From: Corynebacterium amycolatum
GTDB taxonomy: Bacteria > Actinomycetota > Actinomycetes > Mycobacteriales > Mycobacteriaceae
NCBI RefSeq assembly: GCF_049243625.1
Contig: NZ_CP046975.1
Direction: 5' to 3' (one strand)
Length of the DNA: 32,000 nucleotides
A program made the position numbers and the translations under genes. The notes beneath the pieces are model-generated. The model did no database searches. It worked only from the letters and a program-made list of their open reading frames with translations, and was not told the origin of the DNA. This document shows positions 17,628-26,622 of this stretch, in pieces (within the stretch, counting starts at the first letter, position 1; each line of letters starts with the position of its first letter).

Positions 17628-19124
17628 CTAGGCGGGTTCCACCTGGACGGTCTGCGAGCGACCGCCGACGGTGACCTTGTAGCGAATTGGCTCGCGAATG
17701 GCATTGGCAGCACCAGAGGCCTGCTCTGCCTCGCGCTTGAGCTGCTCGGCGGTCTTGCCGACGTTCTTCGGCCCTTCGCCGCGCGCGGTGAAGAATCCCG
17801 GTGCGACAGATGGGAACAGCGCGTTGGTCAGGACATCCTCGGCGGTGCCGTTGTAACCGTCGAGCTCCTTGGCCTGCTCGACCAGGTCGTCCCACTCTGG
17901 CTCGAGGAGATCAGCCGGACGAACCGTGATTTCTTCCTTCTTGGTCTGCTCCGCTGCCTGCTTAATCAGCTCTGGGTTGCGCTCACCCGGGCACTGCCCG
18001 TAATAGCCGAGCATGAGGTCGGCGAACTCAGCCGTCATGACCTTGTAGCGTCCCATCAGCACGTTAAACACAGCTTGCGTGCCGACGATCTGCGAGCTCG
18101 GAGTCACCAGCGGCGGGTAGCCGGCGTCCTTTCGGACAATCGGCACTTCACGCATGACCTCTTCGACGCGGTCGCCCGCGCCCTGGGCCTTGAGCTGGTT
18201 TTCCATGTTCGACAACATGCCGCCAGGAATCTGCGACATGAAAATGTCGGTATTGACCAGGGTTTTCGACTCGAACTCTGCGTACTTCGGACGCACCTTG
18301 CGGAAGTGGTCACGAATGGTGATCAGGTTATCCATGTTCAGGTCGGTGGTGTAGTCGGTTCCCTCCAACATTTCCACCAGCGACTCGGTCGGATTGTGCC
18401 CCGGCCCCAGCGACATCGACGAAATTGCCGTGTCCACGACATCCGCACCAGCTTCGATGGCCTTCATCAAAGTCACCATGGTGACACCGGTGGTCGAGTG
18501 GCAGTGGACGTTAATCTGGGTGTCCTCGCCGTAAGTTTCCTTGATGCCGCGGATGATGTCGTAAGCCGGCTGGGGTTTCAGCAGCGCTGCCATGTCCTTC
18601 AACGCAATGGAGTCCGCCCCCATATCCAGTAGACGACCAGCGAGTTTGACGTACCCGTCGACGTCGTGAAGCGGAGACGTCGTGTAGCAGATCGTGCCCT
18701 GCGCGTGCTTGCCGACGTTCTTGACCGCGCGCATGGCGTGCTCGAGATTGCGTGGATCGTTGAGGGCGTCGAAAACACGGAATACGTCCATGCCGTTTTC
18801 AGCGGACTTTTCGACAAACTTGTCAACCACCATGTCCTCGTAGTGGCGGTAGCCGAGGAGATTCTGACCGCGCAGCAGCATCTGCAGGCGGCTGTTCGGC
18901 ATCAGTTTGCGGAATGTCCGCAGTCGCTCCCAGGGGTCTTCATTAAGGAAGCGGATGCAGGCATCAAAGGTTGCGCCACCCCAGCACTCCACACTCCAAA
19001 AACCGGCCTTGTCCATTTCTTCACAGACATCGACCATGTCTTCCATAGCCATTCGCGTTGCCATGAGGCTCTGATGAGCGTCTCGGAACGCTACTTCCGT
19101 TACACCAATGGTTCGTGGACTCAT
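17628..19124 (-). CDS. transcarboxylase 5S subunit (oxaloacetate decarboxylase alpha / pyruvate carboxyltransferase domain, no biotinyl domain)
   Basis: 498 aa from ATG 19124 (MSPRTIGVTEVAFRDAHQSLMATRMAMEDM...). It is very similar to the remembered P. freudenreichii 5S (RDAHQSLMATRMAMEDM, ECWGGATFD, LRGQNLLGYRHY, HCHSTTGVT). Confidence 0.9.
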   Translation of the reverse strand: MSPRTIGVTEVAFRDAHQSLMATRMAMEDMVDVCEEMDKAGFWSVECWGGATFDACIRFLNEDPWERLRTFRKLMPNSRLQMLLRGQNLLGYRHYEDMVVDKFVEKSAENGMDVFRVFDALNDPRNLEHAMRAVKNVGKHAQGTICYTTSPLHDVDGYVKLAGRLLDMGADSIALKDMAALLKPQPAYDIIRGIKETYGEDTQINVHCHSTTGVTMVTLMKAIEAGADVVDTAISSMSLGPGHNPTESLVEMLEGTDYTTDLNMDNLITIRDHFRKVRPKYAEFESKTLVNTDIFMSQIPGGMLSNMENQLKAQGAGDRVEEVMREVPIVRKDAGYPPLVTPSSQIVGTQAVFNVLMGRYKVMTAEFADLMLGYYGQCPGERNPELIKQAAEQTKKEEITVRPADLLEPEWDDLVEQAKELDGYNGTAEDVLTNALFPSVAPGFFTARGEGPKNVGKTAEQLKREAEQASGAANAIREPIRYKVTVGGRSQTVQVEPA

Positions 19125-19398
19125 AATTCCAAAAGTAAAGGCCTTTGGGAATCTTCGCGCGTTGGTGACCGCGAATATTGGGGATTCGGTGCCCACCAAG
19201 GTGCGTTTAGAGTGTCAAATTGCCCACTTGCAGGGTTAAATACTTATTTTCGCGCGAAGTTTACGCACTTAACCGTTCAACTCGACTTTTTGTCTGGGGG
19301 TCGTTTTTGCGAAGTGCGCTCGACGAATGGGTCGGTTTGCGCGCTCACACTGGACTGAAAATGGCTCATGTTTTTTACAAAACGGTTAAGGTAGTCAC

Positions 19399-21540
<2,142 letters not shown>

Positions 21541-21572
21541 CCGCGTCCGCGTTGGGTCCTACACAAAAATCC

Positions 21573-21614
21573 CCTGTCGGCGGAAGACTTTTCTTCCACT
21601 GACAGGAGATTTTC
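21573..21614 (+). terminator. rho-independent terminator of glgX
   Basis: Nested stem CCTGTC-GGC-GGAAGA-CTTT-TCTTCC-ACT-GACAGG followed by AGATTTTCGG, 33 nt after the glgX stop. Confidence 0.75.
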
Positions 21615-21699
21615 GGCTCTGAGTTCAACTCAAAACAGGGGTACGTAGCAAAAATTGAGGGCTGCAAATTTGAAACTGTGTGAGTTTATGACGCTTTCA

Positions 21700-21721
21700 G
21701 GCCATTTTTCGGGCCATTTTT
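21700..21721. repeat. tandem direct repeat GGCCATTTTT x2 (12-bp period)
   Basis: Read directly: 21700-21709 and 21712-21721. Confidence 0.8.
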
Positions 21722-21723
21722 GA

Positions 21724-21791
21724 CATAAACGCAGTCAGTAACTCGCATCGCCCCACCGCCGCCAGCCATAAACGCAGTCAGTAACTCGCAT
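21724..21791. repeat. perfect 25-bp direct repeat CATAAACGCAGTCAGTAACTCGCAT x2 separated by 18 bp
   Basis: Read directly: 21724-21748 and 21767-21791 (43-bp period). The repeat lies in an AT-rich non-coding stretch between the glgX terminator and the 3' end of the HigA-like gene. Confidence 0.85.
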
Positions 21792-21836
21792 TGGGTCAAC
21801 ACAGCACCGCGGGAGCCGAGCTGGCGTGAAGTCTTC

Positions 21837-22079
21837 TTACGCAGATGCGCGCATATTAAACTCCGCCTGAGAGTTCAACCAGTACTCAGGCTCGGTGTCA
21901 AAGTAGTCGGACAGTCGATTTGCGAGGTCAGTGGTGACCGCAGTGCGGCCGGTGCGAAAGCGCTCCAGAGTTGAGCTTGGCACGCCGATGGCAAGAGCCA
22001 GTCGGTAGATAGAGAGGTGTCGCGGCTCGAGGAAATTATCGTTCAAGATAGAACCAGGGTGCACAGGATGCGTGCTCAA
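21837..22079 (-). CDS. higA: HigA-family antitoxin / XRE-type HTH protein
   Basis: 80 aa. VHPGSILNDNFLEPRHLSIYRLALAIGVPSSTLERFRTGRTAVTTDLANRLSDYFDTEPEYWLNSQ matches the HigA pattern (HPGEIL..EFLEP...LA..LGV....I..I..G.R.IT.D.A.RL...FGTS.EFWLNLQ). TTG start with AAGGAG 8 nt upstream. Confidence 0.8.
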   Translation of the reverse strand: MSTHPVHPGSILNDNFLEPRHLSIYRLALAIGVPSSTLERFRTGRTAVTTDLANRLSDYFDTEPEYWLNSQAEFNMRASA

Positions 22080-22104
22080 AATATTTACTCCTTATTTCAT
22101 CGCT

Positions 22105-22221
22105 TCACTGGCATACGTTGTTTCCGCTTTGCCCTTCGCTTGAGCTCGAAAGCTCGAACGACCAGTTACCGCCGTTCGTCGAAAAGTATAAGGAGCGCCC
22201 GCTCAAAATGCATCCGGACAT
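22105..22221 (-). pseudogene. 38-codon ORF with strong SD, possibly the C-terminal remnant of a degraded higB toxin gene
   Basis: GGGAGG-TTAA-ATG, then MSGCILSGRSLYFSTNGGNWSFELSSSSEGQSGNNVCQ. The segment SLYFSTNGGNWSFEL resembles HigB WSIRVNGNWRITFRF. A neighbouring frame upstream encodes TPENHMFWEVK, which resembles PGNRLEALKG. No intact toxin ORF of about 90 aa is present. Confidence 0.25.
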
Positions 22222-22282
22222 TTAACCTCCCAAAACATGTGGTTTTCAGGGGTACAGACACCCCCACTGTCCGAACGCTCCA

Positions 22283-22297
22283 TAAATATTCCTATTT
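22283..22297 (+). promoter_or_regulatory. 15-mer TAAATATTCCTATTT, copy 1 (about 105 nt upstream of the exonuclease gene)
   Basis: Exact match to 28453-28467, read directly. Confidence 0.4.
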
Positions 22298-22402
22298 CTG
22301 TGGACATTTCCACATTGTCGGAAGCCACATGTACTCGGCTAGAACCGCAGGTACCGCAGCCTCTATAGGGCTCAATCCGCCATCGGCGCTACCATCTAGT
22401 GC

Positions 22403-24046
22403 ATGACTACGACCACGCCATCCTCCGAGCCCGCCGTCGTCTTCGAGCTCACCGGCGACACGGTGACTATTACCGCAGATGGGCTCCGTCTTACCCACAC
22501 CATCAACACGGCTAGCACCGCCCCCGCGAAGCCCCTCCCGCTTGCCGACGTTGCCGAGGTCGCATCGGCAAGTAAAAACGGTGTCTACACTCCGGCCAAC
22601 CGCTTCTTCCCCGGCACGGTAGACCTCGGAGTAGCTTTGCCAAAGGCTCGTGTGATGTCTCATCGCCAGGCAGCAGCGCAGTTGCTGGCAGACCTCATGG
22701 CGGAGATGGCCAAGAATCCGGAGTTCTACAGTTCAGCTGATGCTTTTACTTCCACGTTGATGCCGTGGATGGCACAGCGCGCGGCGGTCACCGAAGGCGT
22801 GAGTGTGGTTGAGGGCGCGGGCGACGTCGTAAAGCACTCTGTGCCTTTTGCGCCGCTTCCTTCGGGGGATGAGGTTGCGGTGTCGGACATCGCACCGTTT
22901 GCGGCGTTCGATGTAGAGACAGCGAACGAAGACACCGGCTCGATTATTCAGCTTGGCGTTGCGGTCGTGCGTGGCGGGAAGGTGACGGAGCGTTATTCCT
23001 GGATGTGCCGTCCGCCAAAGGGGTTGGAGTATTTTGATGAAGCCAATGTCGCGATTCATGGCATCACGGCAGCAGATGTGGCCGGTGAGCCGTCATTTCC
23101 GGAGCAGCTGGCGAAGTTTGTTGACGTCGTCGGGGATTTGGACGTAGTTGCTCACAATGCGCGGTTTGATTTCACAGCCCTGTCGCGGGCGTGCCGGGCG
23201 GAAAGCATTCCAGCACCGAAGTTGAATTTTGCGTGTACTTATATGTGGGCTCGGCAGATGCAGTTGGGGCTGCCCAACTTGAAGCTGCCGACGTTGGCGG
23301 AGGCCGCGGGAGCGTCACTGGAGAATCATCATGATGCGACGGCGGATGCGGTCGCATGTGCTGAGGTAGCGCTGTGGTTGATGGAGCACCAGCGCGCGAC
23401 ATCGGTGGCTGATTTGAGCAAGAAGGTCTCGCTGAGCTTGGGCCAGATTGGCAGTGGACGAGTGCGGATGGTGCGCTATGACCCGTCTGGTGTCGCCAGC
23501 ACTGGAGCCGGAACCAACGCGGGCACTGGTGCTAGTGCTGGTGCGCAGTCCGGCAGTTCCACGCCGTCACGTCGGCCGCGTCGCAATGCGAAATGGGATG
23601 CAGCCAAGACACCGGACACCATTCCAGACCCGAATCCGGACGCGGATCCAAGCGGCCTTCTGTACCAGCAGCGTGTGACACTGACGGGCGATTTTGCACC
23701 GTATGACAAGGGTTTTCTGTGGGACAAGATTGCCTTTGCAGGTGCGAATATCAATAAGGGTGTTACGAAGAAAACGACCATATTGGTCGCCGGTCCGTGG
23801 GATTCGGTGACGTCGAAGGAGAAGAGGGCTCGACAGCTGCAGGCCGAAGGCCAGGAAATCCAGATTTGGAGCGAGAAGGAGCTCTTCACTGCACTCGGGC
23901 TGAATCCGGAAGAGGATGGCGCGTCCGAAGCAGGAGGCACTGTGGAAGGGACGCCTAGCGCCAGCGACGGAAACAACTCCAGTGAGTCGGTTCCGCTGTT
24001 TGGTTCCACTTCCCTGCCCGGCGATGACGGAATGCCGCCCTTCTAG
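22403..24046 (+). CDS. DEDDh 3'-5' exonuclease (DnaQ/epsilon-like) fused to a C-terminal BRCT domain, with an uncharacterised N-terminal domain
   Basis: 547 aa. Exo motifs are FDVETAN, VAHNARFDFTAL and HHDATADA. The BRCT-like segment is QQRVTLTGDF...KKTTILVAG...KRARQLQAEGQEIQIWSEKELF. The tail is low-complexity and ends DDGMPPF. Confidence 0.85.
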   Translation: MTTTTPSSEPAVVFELTGDTVTITADGLRLTHTINTASTAPAKPLPLADVAEVASASKNGVYTPANRFFPGTVDLGVALPKARVMSHRQAAAQLLADLMAEMAKNPEFYSSADAFTSTLMPWMAQRAAVTEGVSVVEGAGDVVKHSVPFAPLPSGDEVAVSDIAPFAAFDVETANEDTGSIIQLGVAVVRGGKVTERYSWMCRPPKGLEYFDEANVAIHGITAADVAGEPSFPEQLAKFVDVVGDLDVVAHNARFDFTALSRACRAESIPAPKLNFACTYMWARQMQLGLPNLKLPTLAEAAGASLENHHDATADAVACAEVALWLMEHQRATSVADLSKKVSLSLGQIGSGRVRMVRYDPSGVASTGAGTNAGTGASAGAQSGSSTPSRRPRRNAKWDAAKTPDTIPDPNPDADPSGLLYQQRVTLTGDFAPYDKGFLWDKIAFAGANINKGVTKKTTILVAGPWDSVTSKEKRARQLQAEGQEIQIWSEKELFTALGLNPEEDGASEAGGTVEGTPSASDGNNSSESVPLFGSTSLPGDDGMPPF

Positions 24047-24101
24047 GCCACGTTCACGGGAAGAAATTCGCATTCGGAAGGCGGGCGCAGGCTCTGGGGC
24101 T

Positions 24102-24136
24102 AGCTGCTGCCACAGCGGTCAGGCAGCAGCTTTTCC
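24102..24136 (+). terminator. rho-independent terminator after the exonuclease gene
   Basis: Perfect 10-bp stem AGCTGCTGCC/GGCAGCAGCT (24102-24111 / 24122-24131) with a 10-nt loop, followed by TTTTCC. Confidence 0.7.
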
Positions 24137-24159
24137 TGGTGGGCGGTATAAAGGGGAAC

Positions 24160-26622
24160 ATGAGTCGCCGACCAATTACGTCCACCTACCGTCTCCAACT
24201 CCGTGGCCCCAAGGCCGATCCAAACGGGCGCGCTTTCACGTTCGCTGACGCGGCTGAACAGGTCGGCTACTTGGCAGACCTCGGAATTTCACACCTGTAT
24301 CTGTCGCCTATCCTCACTTCCGTACCGGAGTCGAACCATGGCTACGATGTCATCGATCCGACGACTGTGAACCCGGAGCTCGGCGGCATGGAAGAGCTGC
24401 AGAAGCTCGCGCAGGTGGCGCACAAGGCCGGTCTGGGCATCATTATCGACCTGGTACCGAACCACCTCGGTGTTGAGGAACCCAAGCTCAATGCCTGGTG
24501 GTGGGACGTTCTGACCTATGGCAAGGATTCTCAGTTCGAGCCATACTTCGACATCGACTGGCACGAGGACAACGGTGCCAACGGCAAGATGGGGTTGCCG
24601 ATTCTGGGCTCCCTGGAAGATATCGACAAGCTGGAGCTCGACACCTCTGGCGATGACCCACTTCTGCGCTACTACGACAATGAATTCCCGGTGCGCCCTG
24701 GAACCGAGGACGGCACCCCGCAGGAAGTACATGATCGCCAGGCCTATCGCCTGATGTACTGGAAGGACGGGGTCATTGGCTACCGTCGATTCTTCAGCGT
24801 CAACGGTCTGGCCGGCATCCGCCAGGAAAATCCGGTGGTATTCGAGCACACACACCGCATCATCCGCGAGCTGCTGGCTGCGGACATCATTGACGGTGTC
24901 CGCATTGACCACCCGGATGGTCTCAGCAACCCATTCGGATACCTCAGTGAGCTGCGCCGTCTACTCGGCGATGACAAGTGGCTGGTTATCGAGAAGATTC
25001 TGGGTGCCGAAGAGCCACTGGATCCAAGGCTCCAGGTTGACGGCACCACGGGTTACGACGCCCTGCGTGAGTTCGACAATGTCTTCGTCAACCGCGACTC
25101 CCGAGACGCCATGAGCATGTTGGCTCTGCAGCAGTCCGGCTCAACCTGGGACAAGACTGCCGTGCAGGCAACTGCGCAGGCTCTCAAGCACGATGTCGCT
25201 GCTCACGAGCTGGCTGCGGAGGTCCGTCGTCTAGCGCGGGCTCTGCGCCGGGACAACTGGTCTATCAGCGGCACCAGCGTCAGCGATGAAGTGCTTATCG
25301 ACACCATCTGCAAGCTGGTCGCTGCAATGCCTGTCTACCGTTCGGACTATGTCTCCCTGTCGCGAGTGGCTTCCACGGTCATTGGTGAAATGGCAGCGCG
25401 TTTCCCCTCGCGCGTCTTTGCTCTCGACCTCATTTCGGCAGGTTTGGTAGCCGGTGGTGAGGCCGCCACGCGGTTCGCGCAGGTCTGTGGTGCGGTCATG
25501 GCAAAGGGTGTCGAAGACACCACCTTCTACCGCGCCTGCCGCCTGATCAGCCTAAACGAAGTCGGCGGTGATCTCGGTCGCTACGGCATGTCGGCAGCGG
25601 AATTCCACCTGTTGCAGTCGGAACGTGCTCGCCTCTGGCCACGAACGATGACCACGCTGTCTACTCACGACACCAAGCGCGGCGAAGATGTCCGCGCCCG
25701 CATTCTCCAGCTCTCCGATGTCTCCGGCGACTGGGCTGAAAATGTCCGCAACTGGATGGCCATCACCCCCGCCCCGGACGATGCCACCGGCTACTTCCTG
25801 CTGCAGAACATCATCGGAGTCTGGCCGACCGACGGCGTAATTACCGATGAACTGCGTGAACGCCTCCACGACTACACCATCAAGGCCATCCGCGAGGCAG
25901 ATGTGCACACCTCCTGGACGGAGCCGGTCGAGGAGTTCGAACTCGGCATCCGCAGCTGGATCGACGCGCTTCTCGACGGCCCCCTGACCGACTCCATCAC
26001 AGAGTTCGTCCGCTCCATTGCGCCAGCTGCCCTGACCACGTCTCTGTCGCGCAAGCTCCTCCAGCTTGTCGGCCCCGGCATCCCCGATACCTACCAGGGG
26101 ACGGAGTTCACAGAGGACTCCCTGGTTGATCCCGACAACCGCCGCTTCGTCGACTACGATGCGCGCGTCGCGGCGCTGGATAAGGTTGCCCGCGATGAGG
26201 TCACGTCGGTGACTAAGAGTCCAGAGCACCCAGCTGAGCTGCCGGAGGACTTTACGGATGCCGATGCGGACGTCGCAAAGCTGATGGTGACTCACCACGG
26301 CGTGAAGCTGCGTGCGGAGCGCCCGGAGTCCTTCGTCGGCGGTGCCTACCAGCCAGTATTTTCCGTCGGTGTGGGTGAGCGCCATCTGGTCGGTGCAGCG
26401 CGTGGACCGAAGGGCGAGCCGGAAGATGTTATCGCGCTGGTGACGCGCCGTCCGCTGGGGCTGCAGCGCGAAGGCGGTTGGGGCGACACTACAGTGACAC
26501 TTCCCAAGGGATTCTGGACCGACCGTTTCACCGGCCATACCTGGTCGGGTACCATCGCCGTGGCTTCTCTGTTCAGCTCCTTCCCAGTAGCACTGCTGGT
26601 ACGCGAGGACGATGACGACTAA
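24160..26622 (+). CDS. treY: maltooligosyl trehalose synthase
   Basis: Starts MSRRPITSTYRLQL, with AAGGGG SD upstream of ATG 24160. Motifs GISHLYLSPI, DLVPNH, DGVRIDHPDGL and TLSTHDTKRGEDVRAR. The track ORF begins 21 nt earlier. Confidence 0.9.
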   Translation: MSRRPITSTYRLQLRGPKADPNGRAFTFADAAEQVGYLADLGISHLYLSPILTSVPESNHGYDVIDPTTVNPELGGMEELQKLAQVAHKAGLGIIIDLVPNHLGVEEPKLNAWWWDVLTYGKDSQFEPYFDIDWHEDNGANGKMGLPILGSLEDIDKLELDTSGDDPLLRYYDNEFPVRPGTEDGTPQEVHDRQAYRLMYWKDGVIGYRRFFSVNGLAGIRQENPVVFEHTHRIIRELLAADIIDGVRIDHPDGLSNPFGYLSELRRLLGDDKWLVIEKILGAEEPLDPRLQVDGTTGYDALREFDNVFVNRDSRDAMSMLALQQSGSTWDKTAVQATAQALKHDVAAHELAAEVRRLARALRRDNWSISGTSVSDEVLIDTICKLVAAMPVYRSDYVSLSRVASTVIGEMAARFPSRVFALDLISAGLVAGGEAATRFAQVCGAVMAKGVEDTTFYRACRLISLNEVGGDLGRYGMSAAEFHLLQSERARLWPRTMTTLSTHDTKRGEDVRARILQLSDVSGDWAENVRNWMAITPAPDDATGYFLLQNIIGVWPTDGVITDELRERLHDYTIKAIREADVHTSWTEPVEEFELGIRSWIDALLDGPLTDSITEFVRSIAPAALTTSLSRKLLQLVGPGIPDTYQGTEFTEDSLVDPDNRRFVDYDARVAALDKVARDEVTSVTKSPEHPAELPEDFTDADADVAKLMVTHHGVKLRAERPESFVGGAYQPVFSVGVGERHLVGAARGPKGEPEDVIALVTRRPLGLQREGGWGDTTVTLPKGFWTDRFTGHTWSGTIAVASLFSSFPVALLVREDDDD

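Noticed and set aside
17605-17895. N-terminal 97-aa extension of the 12S carboxyltransferase ORF (634 aa in the track), and the 25-aa extension of the 5S ORF (19125-19199).
   Set aside because: The 12S extension overlaps the 3' end of the 5S gene and is Arg-rich junk. ATG 17604 has a strong GGGAGAAG SD and gives an N-terminus colinear with the Propionibacterium 12S. ATG 19124 gives the conserved MSPR... start of 5S.
21724-21791. CRISPR-like appearance of the 25-bp perfect direct repeats.
   Set aside because: There are only two copies, the 18-bp spacer is shorter than the repeat, no further units follow and no cas genes are in the window.
21541-22402. Prophage, IS or integrative element between glgX and the exonuclease gene.
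   Set aside because: There is no integrase, transposase, terminal inverted repeats or tRNA target. Only the lower GC content, the direct repeats and a TA remnant support foreign origin. It is therefore reported as a possible scar, not as a mobile element.
22017-22663. ORFs 22017-22406 (+, 129 aa) and 22292-22663 (-, 123 aa) in the AT-rich islet.
   Set aside because: The + ORF runs antisense through the higA start and the intergenic region, with low-complexity Arg/Ser content. The - ORF is antisense to the well-supported exonuclease N-terminus. Neither has an RBS or motif.
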